Below are positions 12,652 to 24,459 of a stretch of DNA of 64,000 nt, piece by piece. A program made the translations under genes and the position numbers. How positions within the stretch are numbered: position 1 is the first letter of the stretch; the number at the start of each line of letters is the position of its first letter. The stretch is from positions 123,752,001 through 123,816,000 of the forward strand of contig NC_091477.1 in assembly GCF_036971445.1 (NCBI RefSeq), in the 5' to 3' direction. The notes beneath the pieces were generated by a model, which ran no database searches, had not been told where the DNA came from, and was given only the letters and a program-made list of their open reading frames with translations. This DNA comes from Narcine bancroftii (taxonomy: Eukaryota).

Positions 12652-13000
12652 GAATCAGAATTTATTGTTATGAATACTTCACGAAATGTGTTGTTTTGCA
12701 GCAGTCCAAATATTGCTATAAATTACATTTAAAAAATAAATCAATTAGTGAAAAGAGAGGAGAAAATGAGGTAGTATCTATGATTCATTGTCCGTTCAGA
12801 AATCTGGAGGAGGGGAAGAAGCTGTTCTTATGCCGCTGGGTGTTTGTCTTCAGGCTCCAGGACCTCTTTCCTGATGATAGCAGTGAGAAGAAGGTGTGGC
12901 CTGGATGGTGGGGGTCCTTGAGGATAGAGGCTGCTTTCTTAAAACACCATCTCTTGTAGATGTCTCAATGCAGTGAAGACAATAACCATGATGGCAGTGG
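12652..13000 (-). mobile_element. Rex1/Babar-type LINE 3' fragment
   Basis: Minus strand KAASILKDPHHPGH; tail aataaattctgattc. Confidence 0.8.
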
Positions 13001-13002
13001 TC

Positions 13003-13212
13003 GAGGTTCCATTATTGATACATAATTCTATATTTAGAATGTAATATACATGAAATTCTTCAACTTTTGTCTACCATAAAGCAGATGGAGAGTCGCCACT
13101 TTGTCCAGCACCCCTCACCGAAACCTACAGCACCTTCTGTTTCTCGGTGGTCTCCCCTCCACTTCTATGACTGCTTAGCTTGCGAGGCATATTCAGGCTA
13201 TTAGGTGCTGTA
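13003..13212 (-). mobile_element. 5S-rRNA-derived SINE, copy 1
   Basis: Minus strand aagctaagcag...ggaggggagaccaccgagaaacagaaggtgctgtaggttt (5S boxes A and C, and the 5S 3' end), followed by a body and tail shared with the copies at 32877 and 36687. Confidence 0.85.
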
Positions 13213-13284
13213 TGGTTACAGTTGGACAGTGTTGGTAAGGCCATGTTTGTACACAGTTCTGATAATTTAAGTATTAGAAAGAGG

Positions 13285-13730
13285 TCATTGAACTGGACTG
13301 GGTGCAAAAATGATTCATAAAGCTGTTACTGGCACTCGGGCTTGAGGCATAACAAGAGATTGGGCAGGCGATGACTTTTTTTCCCTGGAGTGTAGGAGGG
13401 TGAGGGTGACCTCAATGTTTATAAAATCATGAGGGACACAGATAAGTCACTCTTTCTCCCAGAATGGGTAAGTGTAAAACTCGACGGCGTGGATTTCAGG
13501 TGAGGAGAGAAAGATTTCAAGGGGGCCTGAGAGACCACTCTTTTCATACTGGGGATAGAGCTGGCAGAGGAATTTGTAGAGGTAGGCACAGTTCCAACAT
13601 ATCAAAGATGGACAACAAAGGTGGAGGGGTATGGGCTGAATGCAGGTAAATTGGATGAGCAGCTTGCTGATGCCATCATGATAGACATGTTGGGCTGAAC
13701 GGCCTGTTCCCATGCTGTTTAACTCAATAA
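13285..13730 (+). mobile_element. CR1 3' fragment
   Basis: FSLECRR..GDL..YKIMRG, KTR..GFQVRRERF and a CR1 3' UTR. Confidence 0.8.
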
Positions 13731-15524
13731 CCCTGTGCACGAGATTACCAGATAGACAGAGGTAAGGTTCAAGGGTGTGATCAAAGACTTGAAAAACTGC
13801 TACATTGCCATTACTCCTGGGAACCTTTGGCCTTCTTCCCACTCAAACCAGAGAAGGGTGGCATTGAGAACCTCAAGGCCATTTGTCGGGAACATGTATA
13901 CGCTGCCCCATTGGCTGTTTGTCCCACATTCCCACCTAAATCCTGGAGTGGAAGCAAACTGTCTGCCATCTGAAGGGACTGTCTGAGAAGAAGGGGAAGT
14001 ACTGATCATCAGTGCTGTTTGTGGGAGTATTGCAAAAATACAGCTGCTGTGTTTTCTGCAATAAAGATAATGCTTCAGGATTATTTCTTCTCCATAAGAC
14101 TAAGCAGATAGGAATGAACAGCAGGAAGCACCTGATCAAGCCTCAATGTGAGCCAGGAACAATGAGATCCATTCTCCGTGGTCAAGCTCAGAGATGGACA
14201 CCATCTCCAATTCCATTCTGGAATCCGGCATCAGCGAGAGAACATCACCTATCCATAATGACCTTAGAAAAGAGCTATGCTTCTGGTGAAGATGGTCCGG
14301 TGGTGCTGTGGGGAGGGAGATCCAAGATGTAGACCCAGTCATGATGAAGCAATGACATAGTTCCCCAATATGCATAGGGTGAGATGGTGATCACACATTC
14401 ACCACCCTTGTCTTTCTCAGTGGGAGAGGTGATGGCGGAGTAGCCCAGGTGAGTAATTGCAGTGCATCTTGTAACCACCAGTAGTGGAGATGGGGTGGGG
14501 GATGAGGGTGGCGATGAATGACAATAGGCTGAGCCCTCAATGATGTCAAGTTATAGTGTTGTTAGGGTTGTGCTCATCCAGGCAAATGGAGAATGTTCCA
14601 TCTCATTCCTGACTTGTGCCATGGAAAGGCTTTGGAATGTCACTCAGGCAGGTCCTATGACCAGAGTGGTGGTAGGTTGAGTTTTTAATCACTGGTCACC
14701 CATGGCATATTGATGGTGGGGATTCTGCAACAGTGATAGTATTAAATAATGAGGGCAGATGTGAAGGCTTCTAGTAAAGATCATTTCCTGGCATCTTTGC
14801 AGATGATTGCACATCTTCAACAAACATCCTTTGTTCTCTCAGTCTTGCTGCAAGCAAGCATGAGCTGATTGCTTTTGTTGAGAGGCTGTGAATGGATGTA
14901 TAATCGTCGGCAAACATCCCAATCCTAACCCTGAGAATGAAGGGAGGTCATTGATGAACCATCTGAGGATGGTTGGACCCTGGACACTGCCCAGGGGAAT
15001 TCCAGTTGAATTGCTGACCAGATTGAGTTGTGAAAAATTTGCATACCTGTCATGTTACATTCTGGGATCCAAAGATTTCATTAAAGTGAATGCTCTTGAG
15101 AAAGAGTGGCACTGGGGGAAAGAGATGGCAGGGTTCTCAGCAGCAGTCCAACCATGAGAATTTAGGCTGTGAAATCATTCTGAGGATGTGCGGTGGTCTT
15201 GTGAATGGGCCAAAAGCTCTCCATTGAATCCAAAAGCAAAGAAAAATGCAGGTCAAAGGGCATGTACTGTACTGGCCCATTACATGTTTAGAAACAGTCG
15301 GCAGGTCTAACAGCATTTGTGGAAAGTGCAGTGGTACATTGTGTGGAGGGAATTAAAAGGAATGTCTCAGGTGGGGACCTGGGTGTTTCGGTCATACTTC
15401 CTTTTGTGCTGTTGAATTAATAGGTGAGTAAGGGCAAATGGACAAAGAACAAATAATATTGAACGGAACATAGAACATGAAACTTAGAACATTTGACAAT
15501 GTTCACACAATTCATTCAACTAGA

Positions 15525-15810
15525 AAAGAGCAGAGTACAGCACAAGAACAGACTGTTTGGCCCGTGTGTCTGTGCCAAATTAAACCAAGTCCATCTACTT
15601 GCTTGTGGTCCCGATCCTTCCATTCCCTGTCTGTTCATGTCTCTGTCCAAATGCCTCTGAAAAACTACCATTTCCTGGCACCTACAGCTCTCTGTGTGTA
15701 AAAAATCTTGTTTCACAAATTGCCTTCAAGTTTTCCTCTCTCACCTTAAACCCTAAGTCTCTCCTATTGGACATTTCCACCCAGGGAGAAAGACTCTGAA
15801 TGTCCAGCCT
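15525..15810 (-). mobile_element. CR1 3' fragment
   Basis: FKVREENLKAICETRFFT; FQRHLDRDMNRQGMEG. Confidence 0.75.
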
Positions 15811-16044
15811 ATCTGTGCACATTGTCAGATAAAAGATCTGTGTGCTGCAGAGCACAGCTGAGATGCAGTTGTGCAAAATCTGATAAAAGAGTGCTGGAAA
15901 TGCAGTACTCAACAAGTTGGGCAGCAGTTGTGAGAGAGAACAACAGAGTCAGTGTTACAAGTGAATGACCTGCCATCAGAATTAACCAGTTCTGACACAA
16001 CAGGATGTGTATTATCTGAAATGTTCAATTCTCATTTCTGAAAC

Positions 16045-19000
16045 GATTGAACTGTTTGGGAAGATAAACCAGAGTCTGTCATACAAAGTGAATGGCAGGG
16101 CCCTGGGAGGTGTTATAGAACAGAGAGAGACTTTGGGGTACAGGGGCATAGTTTCCTGAGAAATAACCACTCAGATACAAAGAGTAGTGAAGAAGACATT
16201 TGGCACATCTGTCAGGTCATTGTGTACAACTGTACAAGATATTGGTGAGACCGTCCTTGGAGTATTGTGTGCAATTATGGTCATCTTGCGATAGAAAAGA
16301 TATTGAGATGGAAAAGATGCAGAAAAGATCCACCAAGATGTTACCAAGATGGAGGGCTTGATATTACAGAGAGGCTGCACTCAAAGAGAACATAAGGGGG
16401 TCTCAACCACTGAAGCAGTTTGGGTGGAGACCAAAAATAAGATTAGTGCAATCACTCTGATCAAGCCTCTCAATAGTCACTGAGAGGTGGATAAACAGAT
16501 ATGTCGACAGATTATGCAATGTTGTAAAAGCAATAGAATTGCCAGAGTGGGGGAGGAGTTACCCCAATATTGACTGGGATGTCCTTGGTGCCAGAGACTC
16601 AAATGGGGAAGAATTAGTTAAGTGTCTCCAGGAGTTTCATAAAGCTGCGTGAAGATAGTCCGACCAGGAATGGGGCCACACTAGATCTGTATTAGCAAAT
16701 GAATCTGGCCAGGTGATGTAAGTTACAGTGGGGAATATTTAGGGAATAGTGATCACTCTTCTTTAACTTCAAGGTAGTTATGGACCAGGATAAGCTCAGA
16801 CCTGGTCGGAAAGTACTAAATCGGGGGAGGGGAAATTATGACCTGATTTCAACAGGCGCTGGGGGGAGTTTCTTGGCAGGTAGCAGGTTTGTTTAAGGAT
16901 TAACTAATTAGTGTCCAGGACTGGCATGTTCCACTTTGAAGGAGGGACAAGGATGGCAAGGTCAGAGAACCTTGGATGATGAGAAAGGTCATGAACTTAA
17001 TCAAGAGAAAAGGGGGCATGTATAAAGTTCAGGAAGCTCAATTAGACAGGGCCCTGGAGGGGAAATGCTCTCGCAGATCATTAGGAAGGCAAAAGGGAAC
17101 ATGAAATATCCTTAATGACTAGGATTAAGGAGAAATCCAAGGCACTTTGTACTTACATTGAAAACAAGAGGATGAGTAGAGAGAAGATAAGATAATTCAA
17201 GGACAAATGGCGAGGTACTAAATTAATACTTTGCGTTAGTGTTTACCAAGGAGAAAGACATGGACAGTGATAGGGAGCAGAATGTGTTTGGGCATTTTGA
17301 AAAGCAAAGTGTACAGAGGATACAGAGAGTCTGCAGAGATGTGGTTAGGTTAAGTTAGTGGGAAAGGCAGTACAATGATGGTAAATGTGAGGTTATCCAC
17401 TTTGGAAGGAAGAATGGAAGATTATATTATTATTTAAAGGGAAATTGATTATAGCATGCTGCCCTGCAGAAGGTCTATGAGGAGAGATTAAGTTGTCTGG
17501 GACTGTACTCACTGAAATTTAGAAGAATGAGATGGGATCTTATAGAAATAAAATTATGAAAGGCCTAGATAAGATAGAGATAGTTAAGTTGTTTCCATTG
17601 ATGGGGGAGACAAGTACTAGGGGACATAGCCTCAAGATTCAAGGTAGTAAATTTAGGACAGAGATGAGGAATTCATCATCCTTTTCCCAGAGAATGGTGA
17701 ATCTTTGGAATTCACTGCCCTTGGAACCAGTGGAGGCGACCTCAAAAAATATATTTAAGAAAAGGATGGATAGATTTTTACATAGTAGGGGAATTAAGGG
17801 ATATGAGGAAAAGGCAGGTGAAGATGAATCATCTGATCAGCTATAATCTCATTGAATGACAGAGCAGGCTTGATGGGCCGTATGGGCGACTCCTGCTCCT
17901 ATTATTTATTGATTCTTATGTTCTTGAGATCAAGAAAGATGTAGTGCTGGATCTCTTGAGGAGCATTAAGGTGAACAATGATGGGATATATCCTGGTTAC
18001 TGAAAGAGCCAAGTGAAGAGATTGCTGGGGCCTCAACAAAATTCTTTGCATCTTCACTGGTGACATGAGACGCTCTACAGGACTGGAGGATGTCAAATGT
18101 TAAATCGTGTTCAAAAAGAAAAAAAAGGATAATCCAGGAAATTATAGGCCAATAAGACTCACATCAATGGTAGGGAAAGTACTGGAAAAAGATCTGATAT
18201 ATGTAAATTTGGAAAGTCAACTTGGCTTTATGAGGGTCAGGTCATGTTTTACATGATTGAGTTTTTTGAGGAGATGACAGAGATGGTTCAAGAGTGTTGG
18301 GAAGTAGATATTGTCTGCATGGACTTCAGTGAGAGTCCCTCATGGAAGGTTGAATCAACTGATTCAGAAGGTGCAGATATCACAAGACATAGGAGCAGAA
18401 ATAAGCTTTTCAGCTCTTCGAGCCTTCCCCATCATTTAATCATGAGCTGATCCATTCTCCCACTCAGACCCTCTACCTGGCCTCTCCCCATAACCTTTCA
18501 GGCCCTGGCTAATCAAGAACTTATCAATCTTTTTCTTAAATTCACCCAATGACCTGGTTTCCACACACACCTGTGGCAACAAATCCCACAGATTTACCAC
18601 TCTCTGGCTGAAGAAATTCCTATGCATCTCTGTCCTAAGCGGATGCCCTTCAATCCTGAAGTTGCACCCTCTTGTTCCCCATAGGGAAACAACCTTTCTA
18701 CATCTACTCTGTCTAAGCTTTTCAATGTTTTAAATGTTTCAATGAGATTCCCCCTCTCCCCCTCCCCCCTTTCTCTGAAATTCCAATGAATACAGGCCCA
18801 GAGCTATCAAATACTCTTCATATGATAACCCTTTCATTCCCGGAATCATCCTTGTGAATCTCCTCTGAACCCTCTCCAATGTCAGCACTTCCTTTCTTAA
18901 ATGAGGAGTCCAAAACTGCTCACAATCCTCCATGAGGTCTCACCAGGGCTTTACAAACCCTCAACATCACATCCCTCCTCTTATAGTTCTATTCTTGAAA

Positions 19001-19760
19001 TGAATGCCATTGTATCCATTGTCAGTTAATAGATGGGAAGTAGAATTGGTTTGGTCATGGAAGACAGGGTGTTGCAAGGCCAGTAGTCGAGTTGGAATTC
19101 TTCAACCAGTGGTGCTCTGCAGGGCCAACAAAGCAGTTGGGTGGGTTAGTAAGTTTACAGATGATACAAAGATTGGTGCAGTTGTTAACAGTATAGAGGA
19201 TTATCAAAGAATACAACAGTATTTAGATCTGTTTCAGACATAGGCAGAGAAGTGGCATTTGGAGTTTAATCTGGACAAGTGTGAGGTGTTGCAGTTTGGG
19301 AGGTCAAATGTAACATGTAAGGTATGTTTGGCTTCATTGGGCAAGGATTGAGTATCGATGTTAGGAGGTCTTGTGGGCTACACTACACTTGGAATACTCT
19401 GTACAATTCTGGTCACTCCATGGCAGGAAGGATGTGGTTCAGAAGAGGTTTACCAGGATGTTGTGTCTAGTTTAGAGGATGAGATATGGGGAGAGATTGT
19501 CCAAACTTGGCTTGTTTTCTCTGGAATAGAGGTTTATAAAACCATAAGTAAGTGTCACATATTAGAGGACATGTTTTTAAGGTGAGGGAGAGGAAGTTTA
19601 AGGGAGATGTGTATGGCAAATATTTTGCGCAGACAGTAGTGGGTGCTTGAAATAGGCTGCCAGGAGTGGCGGAAGCAGATACAATAGTAGTGTTTGAGGC
19701 TTCTACAGTAGATAGACATGTGGACCTGAAGTGGATGGGGAATAGCTATCAGTTACAAGC
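16045..19760 (+). mobile_element. Mosaic of CR1 pieces (EN, RT, 3' end) with nested copies, including a minus-strand CR1 at ~18382-19005
   Basis: PTRNGATLDLVL, GNSDH, NPGNYRPI, IEFFEEMT, SKFTDDTK on plus; LERVQRRFTRMIPG on minus. Confidence 0.85.
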
Positions 19761-19774
19761 CACAGAATTTCAGT

Positions 19775-20030
19775 GACACTGAGGCCCCTCCCTCAGTATT
19801 GCCCCCCCCCACAGTGCCCCTCCCTCAGTACTGCCCCCTCTCACAGTGCCCCTCCCTCAGTACTGCCCCCTCCCACAGTGCCCCTCCCTCAGTACTGCCC
19901 CCTCCCACAGTGCCCCTCCCACAGTACTGCCTCCTCCCACAGTGCCCCTCCCTCAGTACTGGCTCCTCCCACAGTGCCCCTCCCTCAGTACTGCCCCCTC
20001 CCACAATGCCCCTCCCTCAGTACTGTCCCC
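19775..20030. repeat. 31-bp minisatellite (cccctccctcagtactgccccctcccacagt), ~8 copies
   Basis: Tandem copies visible. Confidence 0.95.
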
Positions 20031-21274
20031 CTCTCTCCTGCACAACTTCAATAGAGACGGTTACAGTTTCAGGATTTCTGGTACTGTGATATAGTGAGTC
20101 ACTGGGGTTGGGACCTATCACATTTTATCCAAAAGCAAGGATTCTCTGATTTGAACTTTAGAGACAATATTTAGATGCCAGATGAGCTGATGAAGTTGGC
20201 AATTTTATTTAAAAGATTCAGAACCCAACTGTCACATGTGAGACCTGTCATTTATTTTGATGAAATGGAGTTATCCTGTCAATAATATTGCTGGTTTTCT
20301 GCATAAATCATCAGGTCTACTAGTTCCCCATGGTCACGTCAATATCTCTCGAAGGGACTTGGGTCAACTACCAACTTGGACATATCTCGTCGCAAAAGGA
20401 AATTACAGGAAGCGAGCGGAAGAGCCTGTTTTGCAGTTTCACCACCATGATACTTAGCCACATCCTGGGGTTTCTCTGCAACATGTTGATTTGCCAACGG
20501 ACAACTAATCTCACTCATCCACATCCACTGCCAGCCTGGGCCAAATCCAGCCATAGGTTCATCCAAATAAAGTCCTTTGTGATCCTTCTAACTGTCACTG
20601 GGAATTCATTGAATTACAGAATTGCATGCCCTTCAGCCCACCTCCTCATGCTGACCGTGATGATGCCTATCGACACTAACACCACACCTGCATTAAGCCC
20701 GTATCCCTCTCGGCTTTTCCTGTCCCAGTACCTTTTGTATCTGCCTTCACTGCCTCCTCTGGAAACTCGCTGCAGATAATCATCTCTCTCTGAGTGAAAA
20801 TCTTTCCCTACTTAACCATATAACCATTTACGGAGCAGAAACAGGCCATATTGGCCTTTCTTCCTTCTCACCTTAAAACCTCTGCCCATAGTTTTAGTCT
20901 CCCCTACCCAAGACAGCTATTTGTTCCACTCATTATTTATAAACCTCTTCAAAGTTATCCCTCTGCCTCATACATTGTAGTGAGAGTAAACCCAGCCTAT
21001 CCAATCCCTCGTGCAACCAGCACTACATCCCAGCCACAAATGTGTCCAGCATGAACGGGGTCATGACCAAGGCAGAACCAGTTGTCTGGATTGAGATGAA
21101 CTGAGGCTAGTTCCTTATCATATCGAGAGCCTGACATAGTCCAAGTATTTTTCACATTCTTCAGGAGATGAATCGCAATTCCTCCCATTATACACATGGA
21201 ATCAGGCCTTTGGCTAAGTTCGTCCAACACAAGTTGTCAACATGAGCTAGTCACATGTTTAACTTTCTTGTTTA

Positions 21275-21945
21275 AATGTCTTTGACATGTAATAAATGCC
21301 CTCTACCATTTCCTTCGAGAGCACGTTCCACACACCCACCACCATCTGGGTGACAAAGGTGCCTATTGGGTCATCGCTCATCTTTAACCTCTGGTTTTAG
21401 AATGAATTCCCTGGGGAAGTCTGTCAATATTCACTGATCTATGCCTCTCATCATTTTATAAACCTGTATAAGTTCACCCTCAGCATCCTCCACTCCATTG
21501 AAAAATAGCCCTGGCCTGTCCGGTCTCTTCTCATAACTCATGCCTTCCACCATCCTCATGAATCTTTTCTGCACCTTTTCTGGCTGATTGACATCCTGGC
21601 TGACCAGAGTCCCATACAATACTCCACATGTGGTCTGACCAAGCACCTTGTAAAGTTGTGACATCCCAGCTCCTGTGCTCAGTGCTCTGACTGATGAAGG
21701 CAAGTGTGTTAACATCTTCTTCATCACCCTGTCTACCTGAGAGAGCACATTTAGGGAACTATGTACTTTTACCCTTAGGTCTGTGTTCAATAACATTCTC
21801 CTGGGTCCAAGCATTTACCGTGTAAGTTCTGCCCTGTTTTAAATTAACAAAATCCAATACCTTGCAGTTGTCCAAGCTAAATTACATCTCATCTTCCTTG
21901 GCCCACTTTCCCAGTTCATCTGGATCCAGTTATAATTTAAGATCA
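21275..21945 (-). mobile_element. CR1 3' fragment
   Basis: DLRVKVHSSL...EKVQKRFMRMV...VYKMMRGID. Confidence 0.8.
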
Positions 21946-22580
21946 AATGAAAGATGTAAGTCTGCAGATGCTGTGATTGTAGAGAAGACACAGAGATGCT
22001 GGAGAATCTCAGCCAGTCTTGCAGTGTCTCTAGGAGGTATAGGAGGATGTTCACTCAGCACTCAAGCTCAGTCTGAATCCAGGTCGTGATGCCAAATGGA
22101 GTTTATTGTCATATTAGCATTCCTTATCTGCTTACAGATCTTTATCTGTTTACATGTCTTCATTGTGTAGAGTTTTTGTTACACCTCCAATAAATGATTA
22201 TTCTGCCTCGCCAACAGGAAAAAGAGTCGTAGGGTTGTACGTGATGTCACGTATGTACTCTGACAATAAATCTGAAATCCTCCACAGAGGTACAATGTGC
22301 AGATGCACTGAAATTCTTCCTCGCTGCAGATATACAGGTCCATCAAATACACCCATAAATAGTATAAATTAAATCAATAAGTAAAAGAAAGGAAATTAAT
22401 ATAAAGAAAATTTAGTTAGAGTTAATGCAAAACTGTGAAGTTTTAACAATGCAGACAGATCTTTTCGTGGTCTTGAAATAGTTTGTGGTTTGGATAGTAT
22501 GGGGAGGTTCAAGAGCCTGATAGCTGTTGCAAGAAAACTGTTCTTGAACCTCGAGCTGTTATACTTTTTGTCTGAAATTA

Positions 22581-23701
22581 AGTTGCTGGGCTCGTTAGCA
22601 GTAGGAAGAGAGCAGAGGCAGGTTGCTGGGCTCGTTAGCAGTAGGAAGAGAGTAGGGGCAGGTTGCTGGACTCGTTAGCAGTAGGAAGAGAGCAGGGGCA
22701 GGTTCCTGGGGTCGTTAGCAGTAGGAAGAGAGCAGGGGCAGGTTGCTGGGGTCGTTAGCAGTAGGAAGAGAGCAGGGGCAGGTTGCTGGGGTCGTTAGCA
22801 GTAGGAAGAGAGCAGGGGCAGGTTCCTGGGGTCGTTAGCAGTAGGAAGAGAGCAGGGGCAGGTTGCTGGGGTCGTTAGCAGTAGGAAGAGACCAGGGGCA
22901 GGTTCCTGGGGTCGTTAGCAGTAGGAAGAGAGCAGGGGCAGGTTGCTGGGGTCGTTAGCAGTAGGAAGAGAGCAGGGGCAGGTTCCTGGGGTCGTTAGCA
23001 GTAGGAAGAGAGCAGGGGCAGGTTGCTGGGGTCGTTAGCAGTAGGAAGAGACCAGGGGCAGGTTCCTGGGGTCGTTAGCAGTAGGAAGAGAGCAGGGGCA
23101 GGTTGCTGGGCTCGTTAGCAGTAGGAAGAGAGTAGGGGCAGGTTGCTGGACTCGTTAGCAGTAGGAAGAGAGCAGGGGCAGGTTGCTGGGGTCGTTAGCA
23201 GTAGGAAGAGAGCAGGGGCAGGTTGCTGGGGTCGTTAGCAGTAGGAAGAGAGCAGGGGCAGGTTGCTGGACTCGTTAGCAGTAGGAAGAGAGCAGGGGCA
23301 GGTTGCTGGGGTCGTTAGCAGTAGGAAGAGAGCAGGGGCAGGTTGCTGGGGTCGTTAGCAGTAGGAAGAGAGCAGGGGCAGGTTGCTGGACTCGTTAGCA
23401 GTAGGAAGAGAGCAGGGGCAGGTTGCTGGGCTCTTTAGCAGTAGGAAGAGAGCAGGGGCAGGTTGCTGGGCTCTTTAGCAGTAGGAAGAGAGCAGGGGCA
23501 GGTTGCTGGGGTCGTTAGCAGTAGGAAGAGAGCAGGGGCAGGTTGCTGGGCTCGTTAGCAGTAGGAAGAGAGCAGGGGCAGGTTGCTGGGGTCGTTAGCA
23601 GTAGGAAGAGAGCAGGGGCAGGTTGCTGGGCTCGTTAGCAGTAGGAAGAGAGCAGGGGCAGGTTCCTGGGGTCGTTAGCAATAGGAAGAGAGCAGGGGCA
23701 G
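22581..23701. repeat. 40-bp tandem repeat, ~28 copies
   Basis: Unit gtcgttagcagtaggaagagagcaggggcaggttgctggg, no spacers. Confidence 0.97.
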
Positions 23702-24074
23702 GGGCCTTTTACAATGGAGTGCTCCTGCCTAAAGTCTCCATCGCCTATTTATTGCCCTCTACGGATTCTGCTTGATCTGTTGAATTCCTTCAGCACTTAG
23801 GTGTGTTGCGACCTTGTGATGTCACCTGCTCTGTTGAGGTAGTGTCTCTCGTAGGTTCACTCCCCCGAACCTCATTGACTTAACCCGAATAACCTTTCCA
23901 TACTGGACCTTATTAAATATCTTTCAAAAGTCCTTGTAAGATGATGTCTGATGTTCTGCCCTCTTGAATCCTCTTGGTCACCTCTTCAAAAAACTCCAAT
24001 TTGTGAGATTTAATTCCCACACACAAACCATCCTGACTGTCTTTCATCAGTCTTTGCTTTTCACTTCGCCCTTC

Positions 24075-24330
24075 CTCCTCTCCGATGACTGCTGTCCCCT
24101 CCCTCCATTCTCCCCTATCATCGTCTGCCTTTGTGACCACACCTCCCCCCTACTCTATTGTTCAGATGCCTGCCGACATTTTCCCATCTCTTAATGAAGG
24201 ACTCAAGCCCGAAACATCGGTTCTGTATCTTTACCTTTGCTCAATAAAGGACCCTGTTTGACCTGCTGAATTTCTCCAGCTTCATGTTTTTACTTCAACC
24301 ACAGTGTCTGCAAACTTTAGTGTTTTACTT
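24075..24330 (+). mobile_element. Penelope-like terminal repeat with a decayed hammerhead-like core
   Basis: ttaatgaaggactcaagcccgaaac followed by gacctgctgaatttctccagc; similar remnants near 6125 and 38350. Confidence 0.5.
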
Positions 24331-24459
24331 CCTTTGCTTTTCTAAATCTGAGCAGATGTCTGTCAGGATCTCCATGTTCCCACTGCTGGACTTTTGTTTA
24401 CTGGGCCTGTATTCCCTGATTTATTTGTGCATCCCTACTTAAAATAAAGATATTCCAAT

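Noticed and set aside
20257-20779. ORFs with dibasic sites suggesting a neuropeptide precursor (somatostatin/urotensin neighbourhood)
   Set aside because: No FWK core, cysteine pair or signal peptide.
22581-23701. CRISPR-like 40-bp array
   Set aside because: Head-to-tail repeats with no unique spacers, no cas genes and a vertebrate context.
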